Part shown: piece by piece, positions 24,854 to 37,460 of the stretch
Layout: each line of letters begins with the position of its first letter
Position numbering within the stretch: the first letter of the stretch is position 1
NCBI RefSeq assembly: GCF_001194135.2
Contig: NC_068992.1
Span: forward strand, 53,046,510 to 53,106,956
Direction of reading: 5' to 3'
DNA: 60,447 nt
Source of the DNA: Octopus bimaculoides
Taxonomy: Eukaryota
Made by a program: the position numbers and the translations under genes
The notes under the pieces: model-generated
Told to the model about the DNA's origin: nothing
Databases searched by the model: none
What the model saw: the letters and a program-made list of their open reading frames with translations, nothing else

Positions 24854-24870
24854 ATATATATATATATATA

Positions 24871-24913
<43 letters not shown>

Positions 24914-27900
24914 AATCTGTAATATATTAGGGGTCTGTCGTTTAAAAATATTGTCGTTTAAAAAATATTGAAAATATTGTCGATTTGAAATTTTATAGCG
25001 CACATGTTCATTGCTATGACTACATTTAGTATTTACAAAGGTTATCACTACGTCTATTATAAATATTATCATCTGTATTCCAAGCCGAATCTCCTTAATC
25101 ATATTTATAAAACATAGAGTACCATACATTTTCTAATCTACTTCTGTTAAGTTCAATATCAATATTTATCAAACAGACTATGTTAAGCATTCTCCCCTGG
25201 ATATACTATATGTATGTACACGCACATATTTCCTGCATAATGTAGTTAACATTATCTGCAGTTCAACAGTAGAAGTAACGAAAACTGCCAGGATTAAATC
25301 CCCAATGAATTATTAAATACATATAGGGAGACGATGCCACTATGAAAATACATTCGCTTTGTTAATACCTCTAAAAATTGCGATCCAACGAACGAACAAA
25401 AAATAGAGCAGCAAAAATATGCATTTTTAATGTAGTATTGGAAATTTTCCGTTGTCAACAATATATCCTATAAATATAATAAACAAACAAAAGGAAAATG
25501 TATATTAATACATCTCGAACAGCTTAACATTGCATTTTCATGAAACAAAGCAACAATATTCACTTCAGAAATATTCGCAAATGAATAAGACAAGAAATGA
25601 AAATTAATCCAAACAAGTAACACTCTTATATGTAGATCATAAATTGATATTCTACACACATGAGGAATCTTAACGTATCTATATAATAGTGATTCTAAGC
25701 TTTTGCCACCGCAAATTATATTCCATTCCATATTTAAATCCATTACAAATTAAAATATAAGATATAGAGCAAAACAAAATACAGTAACGTCATAAAAACA
25801 TGCAAACTGCATTAATCTGATTATTCCACAATATGTTGCGCATCCTAACTCCTCATATTCTAAACATTTTAACACCTTGAGAACAATATGAAAATAAACA
25901 GAGATACTAAAACTGGTACAGAGCCAAGAGAGATAACACAATAATATCGTTTTCTCTACTGTTTAATATGTTAAACAGCCCGCATCAGTAGATGTATCAC
26001 ATAAAGCTAATTCAACTAACCCACCGCTAGGGGTAGCCTCCTGCTCAAATTCTCTTGGAATTAAATCCACAAATGAATCAGTCTCTTCTCTAATTTCATA
26101 ACAAACATCTCACACATCAATGAACAAACCAACGTTTCAGGAACATCAAACACATTAGTTGGTACCAGGCTCCCAAGAGATGCAATTAAAATTTGAAGAT
26201 CTCTTCTACCCGAAAATCAACAGCATAGGGCTCTTAAAATATATCGACAAATTGACAAAATAATTGTACAAGCAGAAGGATATTGAGATATAAATTGCAA
26301 TGAAATCTAAGACAATCATTGCAAAATTGCAATACACAGCCTAATAAAACCAGATGCGACCTGAAACAACACATGAACGTCACATGTAGCATAAGTGAAA
26401 CATAGAATCAAGTATGTAAAGAGAACTTAACTGAAGAAAGAAAACTTAAGCCTCTACAGTTAACATAAGTCACAAAGAAAGCAGTAAACACTATATCTGG
26501 TAATTAGAAGCATCTGCACTCTAAAATAAGACATAAGGGATTATCTCCGCACTGATAAAGCACCACTAAATCTTAAACTGCTCTAGTTCTGAAACCATCA
26601 TTGTACTAACATAAATTTTGATTTACCCGTTCAAACACAGCAAGTAAAATTGATCTAAATATTGTTTAGTATTATAGTAATTTTAAAGACTAACGAATAT
26701 GGACTGGTGAGGAACAACAGACACGTTTTCGCACTCTTAATCCAGTAAAGAAAATAATTAAAAAAATATTCCTCCATATAATCGATGCATCAAATATTTC
26801 CTTTCTAATTGGCAACTTTGATTTTGACTACCTACAATGAGCCCTTGAATTACAAAGAGAAGCAGCAATCAGAACATGTCACCAAAAAGCGTAGGACACA
26901 GATTTAATACAATGAGTGATAGTTGTGGTGCTATTTCACTCTGTGAGAATGTAGAATTCATGAGATAGAAAGCGAGGTTGAAAAATATAAAATATATAAA
27001 ATTCCACACTCTCACGCATGCACTTACAAATATATGTTCTAGATTTATTGGTTGGGCGGAATACTGTTAGGTCAAGTAGAATAAAGAAATGAACATAACG
27101 CCAAAAGGAGTGAATAAGTTGTATAAAGGAATAGTAAAAAGGAAGTGCAAGTCTTCCGCCACATTTCGCATTAAGTGATGATGGGCGACAAGAAAAAAAG
27201 AAACGGAATGCCGACAAATAGAAGATAGAATGAGGAAGGTAAGAAATCGGTGATACGATGCTGCTAATAATGGTGATATAGACGACGGTGCTATGAGTGA
27301 TGATGGCGGAGGGCGGGGGGGCATTATTGTGGTGATGTTAATACTTTCAAACATTTTCTAAAATTCAGTTCAAAATTATTTATTTTTGTTGAAAATCGTT
27401 GATGTGGATATGATTTTTAACTTTATATTCTTGATAAAATTAAGTCATCATCTCTTTAATAAACTGTATGTGGAGACATTTAGGAGGCACGTTTCACTGT
27501 TACTTTCAACGAGTCAGTCAACTACGTGGATTTTATTTTCTTGATCTGTTGCTGCTTAATCCCGATTCTGATGGAAAACAGCTGTGATGACAAGCGTTTT
27601 CAACGTGAACATTCAATATTCTTGAGCTATCTAAGATTACATATTGTAATATTTTTGAAATGGAACATTGAAACTTGATTGATATTTCCTTGCTTTTGCC
27701 CTGCAGAACTTGTGACGATATAGAAGACACACATTTATTCAAAGGTTTATCCTGTTAGTATATGCGATAAATATCTATAGTTCTGAAATTTCGATCAGGA
27801 ACGTGAACGACCTTAGCAATACACATATTACAAGCAGTTTCACTCACGTCTATTTGAATGACATTGCTGCTGCATTTGTTGGTTTCAGCATAGTTGAGCA

Positions 27901-28410
27901 GCATATTTGCTGCTATATCTGCAGAAATTTTAATTGAGTAGAAGTATGTGTTGCAGTTGTCTATCCATGTCTAAACTGTTCACCATAATATTACATATAA
28001 TGTCCCGAAAGACACTTACACGCATATCTATATCTACCTATCTATCAAATTATATATATATATATATATATATNNNNNNNNNNNNNNNNNNNNNNNNNNN
28101 NNNNNNNNNNNNNNNNNNNNNNNNNNNNNNNNNNNNNNNNNNNNNNNNNNNNNNNNNNNNNNNNNNNNNNNNNNNNNNNNNNNNNNNNNNNNNNNNNNNN
28201 NNNNNNNNNNNNNNNNNNNNNNNNNNNNNNNNNNNNNNNNNNNNNNNNNNNNNNNNNNNNNNNNNNNNNNNNNNNNNNNNNNNNNNNNNNNNNNNNNNNN
28301 NNNNNNNNNNNNNNNNNNNNNNNNNNNNNNNNNNNNNNNNNNNNNNNNNNNNNNNNNNNNNNNNNNNNNNNNNNNNNNNNNNGTGTGTGTGTGTGTGTGT
28401 GTGTGTGTGT

Positions 28411-28790
28411 GATGGCTGCCGCCTCGTTATCGAGTATGGCCATTGCATGAAGCTTAACTTAACGGAGCTGTGATCGAACGTGAGTTTTTAGCCCAGCCAA
28501 AGATCTACAATGTCTTGCACAGAGTTGGCATCCAAAACCTTTACTGGCAATTGCTGGCTGTTGTTGTAATTGGGCTCCATGTACCTTTGCGTGTCGTTTA
28601 GGTCCTCCTACTGAATCACACTGCCTTCCACGTGCCCGACAGACATGACTAGTATGGTGTGTAGCATCATCACCAGCGGCCTGGTAGTCAATCATCGGTC
28701 TCGCTTTATGACTACGAAGATGACTCATGAGTCCAGCTTTACTGAGGCACGGTCTTGCACAGACACTGCGAGTCAGCGTCATAGGAATAA
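28411..28790 (-). mobile_element. RTE-clade LINE 3' end encoding three C2H2-like fingers
   Basis: ORF 28459-28800: (R)SVCARPCLSKAGLMSHLRSH, CRARGRQCDSVGGPKRHAKVH and CQLCARHCRSLAGLKTHVRSQ, matching the CxxCxxxCxSxxGLxxHxxxH tail motif of RTE ORFs. A short 3' UTR (ggccatactcgataacgaggcggcagccatc) runs into (CA)n. Confidence 0.75.
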
Positions 28791-28803
28791 CCCTTACCAT
28801 TTA

Positions 28804-28834
<31 letters not shown>

Positions 28835-28913
28835 GCGTATGTATGTAGATATATATTACGCAATCAGTGAAATCATTTGGTACATTCACAGCTGATGTTT
28901 ATGTATACATACA

Positions 28914-28959
<46 letters not shown>

Positions 28960-28961
<2 letters not shown>

Positions 28962-29015
28962 TGTCCAACCCATGACAGCATGGAAAGCAGACGTAAAACT
29001 ATGATGATGATGATA
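28960..29015 (+). mobile_element. SINE 3' tail fragment ending in (GAT)n
   Basis: tgtccaacccatgacagcatggaaagcagacgtaaaactatgatgatgat. Recognised from memory only; no second copy in the window. Confidence 0.5.
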
Positions 29016-29990
29016 ATATATATATGAATGCATCAATTAAGTTCACTGCTTGCATAATAGGACGTTCTGCATACGTTATCTATCACATATTGCACTGTCA
29101 TTTATTGGATTCAACCGGACATTAAAGGCTTCTATAATTAACTATTTATTTAATTCTCTAAAGGTATCAATTAATAACATCAGCCATATTCATGTTTGGC
29201 TCTTCTACTCAAGTTATCATTAATTGGCTTCAGCTACTAGATTGATTTGGCAATAAGAAGCAAAATAATTATAATTCTCTGCTTTGGGATATGAAATCGA
29301 AATGTGTATCAATCTACAGTCCATCTAATTTCAGTATGACTTGATTATAAAACGTCAAATGTAGGAAATTGAAATTTTGGTACATGTATATTGTAACACA
29401 TAGCTCCACCCACATATGTCACGATGCGAAATATTTCCCCTGTATATAGAGTTAGCTTCACCTGCGAATCAATATGGATTAGCAACATATCCCTCCCCAT
29501 ATCTCAGCGTTGTTAACGGTGATACATAATGGAAAGAGACAGAACATTTACGGAACACCTACGCTTAGGCTCAATGGTATATCCAAGATATGACCGGTGG
29601 ACGCAGAAAGAGTGAGTTACACAAGCTCTCATCTGGTATATATTTTCAGTGGAAAGTAGTGAAACAAAGTGAAATGAAATGTGTTCATTAAGAACATGTG
29701 TTGCCCACTTAAGGAATTCTCTCCTCGACATTATAATTGTTAGACGAACACATGAGCCACTCCGTCGCGTGTCTTTTTGTATAACAGGCACACACACACA
29801 CACAGATACACACACACATATGTTTGAGAGATCATTTGATCACGTTACGCATTGGCTTATGCATATGAAATGTATGTAAGACCTTAATATTTTTGATTAC
29901 TTAATCAATTAATGATTTAACCTGCCACTTTCATCAGATCTCACCTGAATTTTTTTAATCAATATTATGATATTATGGATGATCTAGTTA

Positions 29991-30021
<31 letters not shown>

Positions 30022-30084
30022 CTCTCTCACACACACACACCCACACACACACACATACACACACATACACACACAGTCACGCGC

Positions 30085-30120
<36 letters not shown>

Positions 30121-31063
30121 NNNNNNNNNNNNNNNNNNNNNNNNNNNNNNNNNNNNNNNNNNNNNNNNNNNNNNNNNNNNNNNNNNNNNNNNNNNNNNNN
30201 NNNNNNNNNNNNNNNNNNNNNNNNNNNNNNNNNNNNNNNNNNNNNNNNNNNNNNNNNNNNNNNNNNNNNNNNNNNNNNNNNNNNNNNNNNNNNNNNNNNN
30301 NNNNNNNNNNNNNNNNNNNNNNNNNNNNNNNNNNNNNNNNNNNNNNNNNNNNNNNNNNNNNNNNNNNNNNNNNNNNNNNNNNNNNNNNNNNNNNNNNNNN
30401 NNNNNNNNNNNNNNNNNNNNNNNNNNNNNNNNNNNNNNNNNNNNNNNNNNNNNNNNNNNNNNNNNNNNNNNNNNNNNNNNNNNNNNNNNNNNNNNNNNNN
30501 NNNNNNNNNNNNNNNNNNNNNNNNNNNNNNNNNNNNNNNNNNNNNNNNNNNNNNNNNNNNNNNNNNNNNNNNNNNNNNNNNNNNNNNNNNNNNNNNNNNN
30601 NNNNNNNNNNNNNNNNNNNNNNNNNNNNNNNNNNNNNNNNNNNNNNNNATGTATGTATGTATGTATGTATGATTGTATAAGATCTAGGGATCATTCTGAT
30701 TGAATCCTCCATGTGTAAACACGTGTCTCTTTGCAGCAATGTAAACTTTCATTAACCAAGATATCCTTGACCTGAAGAGTAGCCTGCGAAATTCCTCTCA
30801 CTTAGATATTTACCCCTTCTGAAGTTCCGCTTACTATGAAACATATGTAGCCCAGATATTTTCTACTGCATTCCTCCACTTCCGTGTGCGCGTATATGTA
30901 TTTATATATATATATATAAACTAGTCTGCCGTAGTCTCCTTTAGAGAGACTTAGAAATGTTAATACCTCTATTTCTGAAAACCAGTGGATGTATTCCACT
31001 GAAATTAGATAAATAACCTTCGTACAGACGGTCAGTAGCGACGCCTGCTGGGTTCGGCTGCTC

Positions 31064-31101
31064 TGCATTGACAAGTGGCAATACCCCGAAACTAGTCTGC
31101 A
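31064..31101 (+). ncRNA. Decayed minimal type-I hammerhead motif with an ACUAGU palindromic stem III
   Basis: TGCA-TTGACAA-GTGG-caata-CCCC-GAAA-CTAGTC-TGCA. Stem I 4 bp, stem II 3 of 4 pairs, GUC site. The core differs from CTGACGA by two transitions, one at a CpG. Confidence 0.55.
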
Positions 31102-31267
31102 AATGACAAACCAGCAAGGGGAAGCTGCTGATCTCTCCTGTTCGAAGGTTATAAAGGACACAGATTCGTGTGTCACATAGCTAGCTAGAAGCGATGGCAT
31201 CTTGGAGTTAATCAACGGCAGCATTCGTCCTATCTTATGGACTGCCATGTTGGCTTGGCGATAACTA

Positions 31268-31324
<57 letters not shown>

Positions 31325-33361
31325 GGGGAGAGGAAAGATTGGGGAGGCAGAGAGCAGGATAGATATAGACATATGTGTTTATGTATGTATGTTTGTATGT
31401 ATGCATGTATATATGTATGCATCTATGTATATGCATGTGGACGTGTAGAGGTGGTTGTGGAATATAAGTGCAAGTAATGTTAAGTGTTCAGGGAGCAACT
31501 GATGTAAGTGCCATGGACAATAGACCGGTCCGACTGCTGCATTACTAGTGCCATCTGAAGGCATGGCCACACTGGTCAGTTACATAGGGCCTTCTGGTGA
31601 AGTGCTCAATTGTGGCCAACTTACACTGCTGCTTGCAGTGATTAAAGAATAATAAGAGTGTCCAATGCAATGATTTTCCCGGTGGCTCGTAATGCAGTTG
31701 TAACGATTTAGGACACGGAAATTGAATTGACGCTCATCAAATATATGTCAGTTTGATTTTGGTGCGCTTGTGTGAGACGGTTTGTTTATATCACTGCAGC
31801 GTAGCGTTTTAAGAAAGGGATTCACAGTGAATTACTACCACACATGAAGGATTGGGGTTGAATTTAATTGACCAACTCCTTCAAGGAATTCAATAATTGA
31901 AACATATAAAACAAAGAATATACTGCTCACTTGCTTTTTCGTCAATTTTGTGAAGTCTATACACAACTGAGGAATCTTAACATCATCAAAATATTCTTGT
32001 TTCCCCCTAAAAAATTTTAAACTATAAAATTTTAGCTTGTGTATTTTTATCACAAACGTATTTGCTTCGGGTTAAATGTTTAATGCTCACCGATTTACAT
32101 AAGTTGTGTTTGTCGTATTTCCAGCCGGTAGAGAATTTTAGTAATTCGACTCTGTTTTATCACTATAATATTTAGTCTAAACATCATCAAATGTGACCCA
32201 CCTTTTACATATCTCTCATCATTTATTTGTGCACGGTGTCCGTATCATTTCAGAAGCTGAAATAGAGTCACACTCTACAAAATTACGTGTTATTGTGAAT
32301 GGGATTAACTACAATCAAATGGCCGTATCCAATACATCACACAACATATGAAAGCAGCGAAATATATATTTTTAAACGACCGTAACTTACCATATAGGAT
32401 AAAAATGCGCACTCTAAACACTGTCTGCATCAACATGTTTGTTGGCAAAGGGTGTTGTATTTCAGTTTATTGATATATACGTATAAGAAGGCGGTGAACT
32501 GAATATGAAGATGTTGTCTTAATTGTTGCATTGATTTTCAATTATATGCTACAATTATTAAAGATGAAAAATGTATATGTAACTGTATATATATTATATA
32601 GACACATACAAAAACACATGCACACACACATACACACACACACAAAGACACAAATATATTTGCATACACATAGACAAACAACGAGAATGAGAGAGGGGGA
32701 GAGGGGAGNNNNNNNNNNNNNNNNNNNNNNNNNNNNNNNNNNNNNNNNNNNNNNNNNNNNNNNNNNNNNNNNNNNNNNNNNNNNNNNNNNNNNNNNNNNN
32801 NNNNNNNNNNNNNNNNNNNNNNNNNNNNNNNNNNNNNNNNNNNNNNNNNNNNNNNNNNNNNNNNNNNNNNNNNNNNNNNNNNNNNNNNNNNNNNNNNNNN
32901 NNNNNNNNNNNNNNNNNNNNNNNNNNNNNNNNNNNNNNNNNNNNNNNNNNNNNNNNNNNNNNNNNNNNNNNNNNNNNNNNNNNNNNNNNNNNNNNNNNNN
33001 NNNNNNNNNNNNNNNNNNNNNNNNNNNNNNNNNNNNNNNNNNNNNNNNNNNNNNNNNNNNNNNNNNNNNNNNNNNNNNNNNNNNNNNNNNNNNNNNNNNN
33101 NNNNNNNNNNNNNNNNNNNNNNNNNNNNNNNNNNNNNNNNNNNNNNNNNNNNNNNNNNNNNNNNNNNNNNNNNNNNNNNNNNNNNNNNNNNNNNNNNNNN
33201 NNNNNNNNNNNNNNNNNNNNNNNNNNNNNNNNNNNNNNNNNNNNNNNNNNNNNNNNNNNNNNNNNNNNAGGGGAGGGGGAGAGAGAGATGGGTACCAAAA
33301 CATATGAACATATGTATAAACCTGTCCTTCAACAAAAGAATGACAAAGACATGTGCGTGTG

Positions 33362-33402
<41 letters not shown>

Positions 33403-35399
33403 GAAAGAGAGAGATTGTGCAACGCAAGTGAGAACAATTACATAATGGACTGATTGAATCGGAATGTTGAACATACAAACATGAAAGTTATGGAAATTGC
33501 AAATCACTTTAGTAACACATTTAAGTTCGTAAATTTCGGTATATAAGATATCGAATAACAAGGTGTCTCTGATAATTGTTCTGCTTGGATAATGTTTGGA
33601 AATTCTAGGTACTATTTTCCAGTGATATTGCTAATAGCTATGCTAAAGATAAGTGCCATAACCTATGGTCCTTGCTTCTCTAATGTAAATATAATGCTTT
33701 ATGCATATATTGTGCCAGGTGTTTCGATTTTGACGAAATGGTTAATAGATTTTTCTAGTTTTGAAATATTTCATCATTTATTTAGTATTACCACAGATGG
33801 ATACCATTGTATATTCATACTCGTTTATCACTATTCATCATCATCATTGTCGTTATTATAATCGTTATCATCATCAACCTTAACAATATTGCCGTGTTGA
33901 AAGACTTGTTAGAGCGTTGTGCAGAATGCCTTGCGTTGTACTGTTCGAGCTCCTAATATCAGAGTTGGCGTGAAGGAATGAGGTTCAGGGCTCTTTAGAA
34001 GATGGTATCGAACACAATACGATAGCAAAAACTAAGGCAGGACACGTTGTTGAAAACATTACAAACCTCACTACTATATGTTCCAGAGGACAATAACATG
34101 AAAAACAAGACGTAAAAGAATTCGCAGTGACAGTAGTAAAATACAACATCAACAGCAACGTCAACACTAACTGCTAAGGCAACAGCAAAGTCAACAGTAT
34201 TATCAACAACATTATCAAGAGATGTCGTTCAGCCTTACATTCCTTCCTTGCAAAGCACAAACACTCAGTTGCAAAGAAATACCTCGCCTTCACTTCATCA
34301 ATATCGAGACCAAATACAAGACATTCGAAACGATGCTGTTAGGAAGTACAATGAACCATCTTCTCAATAAGTACAAGCTGAATTTTTACGCAACAGTTTT
34401 TAAACAATTAGAAGCAATGCCACAGACTGTCTACATATTTGTTAGAAAAAATTTATATGCTATTCAGATAACAAGAATGCGTCATGGCCACAATGAAGAG
34501 AAGAAAATTAATTAACAAAGCTTATATCATTGTAGTTAGAGAAACAGATGCGAGTGAATTATATCAGTCATAGACTTACTCTTACAAAGTAGTCAATGGA
34601 CCAGACAAAGTCGAACAGATACAAGTGAAATAACAGATTATGAACGAATATGCGATGTAATAGATTAATACAATACTTAAGACAGAGTTAAATGCCACAA
34701 AAATAAGTAATACGCATCAATACACTGGCCGTCCCAGTCATATGTTATTGTTATAATATTCTTAACTGGGCGCTAAATTAATTTCCAAGGCTAGACAGAA
34801 CGACCAGAACAATAATAACTACATTTAGAATAGCACACCTAAAGTCTGATATACGAAAGATTATATTTACAATGAATACAGGATTGGAGAAGCCTTATGC
34901 AACTAGAAAACTATTATAAAGTATCCATTGTAGAACCACAATAATATCTAATATAAAAAATAGAATACAAATTCCGATAGCTACAAAACACGAACAAAGT
35001 TAAAGCAAAAGAAAAGATTCTTCTGTCATCGAGGAAGTCAACAAATATAAAAGAGTGGACGTAATAACAGGCAGTTATGAGAGAAAATGAGAAACAAAAA
35101 CAAGAAAAACTAATAAAATTAAAATAAAATACAGTAAAAATTTGGCTACAGAAAAGCATGCTAAAACGATTGCAACACAAGTTTGTACGTGGTTAATAGA
35201 TAGAAGATGGTGGGAATAGACAGAGGATAATTGGACCAGTGGGTGAGAAGCGAAGGACAGTATACCGAGACTGAAGTTTTTCCTAATTATGGTGCTGACT
35301 TAAGGACAGGCCCACCAGAAAGAGCCAAATAAATATATTTCAACAACATACTGTACAGCTGCTTTAATGTTATGTTTGAGAAGAAAAGCAATGAAAATT

Positions 35400-35563
<164 letters not shown>

Positions 35564-36295
35564 CGAAGGAGGTAAGCACCTGCCGATATATACAAACNNN
35601 NNNNNNNNNNNNNNNNNNNNNNNNNNNNNNNNNNNNNNNNNNNNNNNNNNNNNNNNNNNNNNNNNNNNNNNNNNNNNNNNNNNNNNNNNNNNNNNNNNNN
35701 NNNNNNNNNNNNNNNNNNNNNNNNNNNNNNNNNNNNNNNNNNNNNNNNNNNNNNNNNNNNNNNNNNNNNNNNNNNNNNNNNNNNNNNNNNNNNNNNNNNN
35801 NNNNNNNNNNNNNNNNNNNNNNNNNNNNNNNNNNNNNNNNNNNNNNNNNNNNNNNNNNNNNNNNNNNNNNNNNNNNNNNNNATATATATATATATGTATA
35901 TATATATATGCATATATATACTGATATATATATATATATACTGATATATGATTATTTTATTCTATTAGTAATTAAAGAGGTGAATTGCTTCTTTTCAAGG
36001 CCAAGGTCAGCGCTGTCATTGATCGCTAGTGGTAGTAAACACATTTGAACTCTGCTGACCCAAAGTGTGTGAGACCTCTTTTGTCTCGTTATCGCACAGC
36101 AATGTCCATTGCTGACCTCCTCACAATCTGCCGAATCTATTTACAGACCTGTAGTATTTGGTCTATTCACCAAGCTGCCACTCCTCCTCCTACTATTCCC
36201 TTCAACACTCACATATTTATGATTCTCTCAATTACGAGACAAAACTTGAAACTAAACAACATTTAATGATATATTTTAATAATAAATGGAAATAC

Positions 36296-36438
<143 letters not shown>

Positions 36439-36439
36439 A

Positions 36440-36595
36440 GTGTTAACTGCAAACGTAAACAGACTGTATATGAAACGAAAGAATGGTGGCAGAGGACTGA
36501 TTAGTACAAACCATTGTATAAGGAGTGAAAGGAGAACGCTTGCCGAGTATTTGATAAGTAGAGACGAAGAACTGCTGCAATATACCGGGACCCAT
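36440..36595 (+). mobile_element. R4/Dong-like non-LTR retrotransposon, internal fragment downstream of the RT core
   Basis: ANVNRLYMKRKNGGRGLISTNHCIRSERRTLAEYL resembles the RLYxxRKxGGRGLxS motif of R4/Dong-type elements; starts directly after (TAA)n. Confidence 0.75.
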
Positions 36596-36685
36596 ATTAT
36601 TATTCATAATTTTAAGCGCTATAGAACGATGGTAGTAATGATAATCCCTGTAGTTATGGAGGTGACGCAATGCAAGCACGTTATA

Positions 36686-36723
<38 letters not shown>

Positions 36724-36859
36724 TACATGTGCACGTATATACAAATAAAGAGAGAAGGAGAGAGATGGGGTCTCAATAACAACTCTCGTGGGAACCCCCA
36801 CGAACGACTCATGAAATCGTGATGCATCACATCAAGGGAAGAATTAACTTTGAGAATGA

Positions 36860-37460
36860 AACTATAGCCGATCATGGTGAAGGTTCCCGCCCGGCACGTC
36901 CGAAACCGCCCGCATCAAGGGCAGTTATCTGGCCTCGGGCGGTCGTTATGTCACAACAGATCACATACACGGTATGAGCAAAAATAGGCATAAGTGGACG
37001 AAGGAAGAGTACGATACACTTATTGAATGTCATGAAAGAGCAAAGCTGGAAAGAAGTCTTGGAGTAGACCGACGTACCTTGAAATTGTTTGAAATGAAAA
37101 GGACATGTGACCAACGTCAGAAAATAAACTAATGAACCAAGTGAGAGTGATTAGGAGGAAGGATTATTGAACTGGAGTAGAAATATCTCGGATTAGTGAG
37201 AGTCTCAGACGTCCTGTGGATGGGCTACAAAGGATGGTCGGAGTTGAAAACAGAGAGGTACGAGTTGAAATCAGGGGGTAGAGTCGACAGGAGGAACAGG
37301 AGAATGGTGATGGGGTCTGTTAAGGATGAGGAACAGGAACGCTCTACAGTGAACCCTGATAATGTGGTGGGGAATAAACAATGTGAGGAAAGGAATAAAC
37401 AGCATATTTTATTAGGTTGTTCTGCATATATTTCAACAGAATTTACGCCGAGGCAGAATA
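36860..37460 (+). mobile_element. R4/Dong-like element, 5' region with a Myb-like N-terminus (frameshifted)
   Basis: 36974-37132 reads MSKNRHKWTKEEYDTLIECHERAKLE..., continuing after frameshifts as ENKLMNQVRVIRRK and GLLTGVEISRI, like the N-terminal motifs of R4/Dong ORFs. A GC-rich leader lies upstream. Confidence 0.6.

Noticed and set aside
30772-30800. CTGAAGA-GTAGCCTGC-GAAA hammerhead-like core
   Set aside because: Stem III and the NUH site do not pair, and stem I needs a bulge. It is at best a very old relic, though close to the 30918-31101 motifs.
33592-33861. ORF with a signal-peptide-like start (MFGNSRYYFPVILLIAMLKISA)
   Set aside because: Hydrophobic runs are expected from T-rich DNA, and there is no supported downstream exon or recognisable domain.
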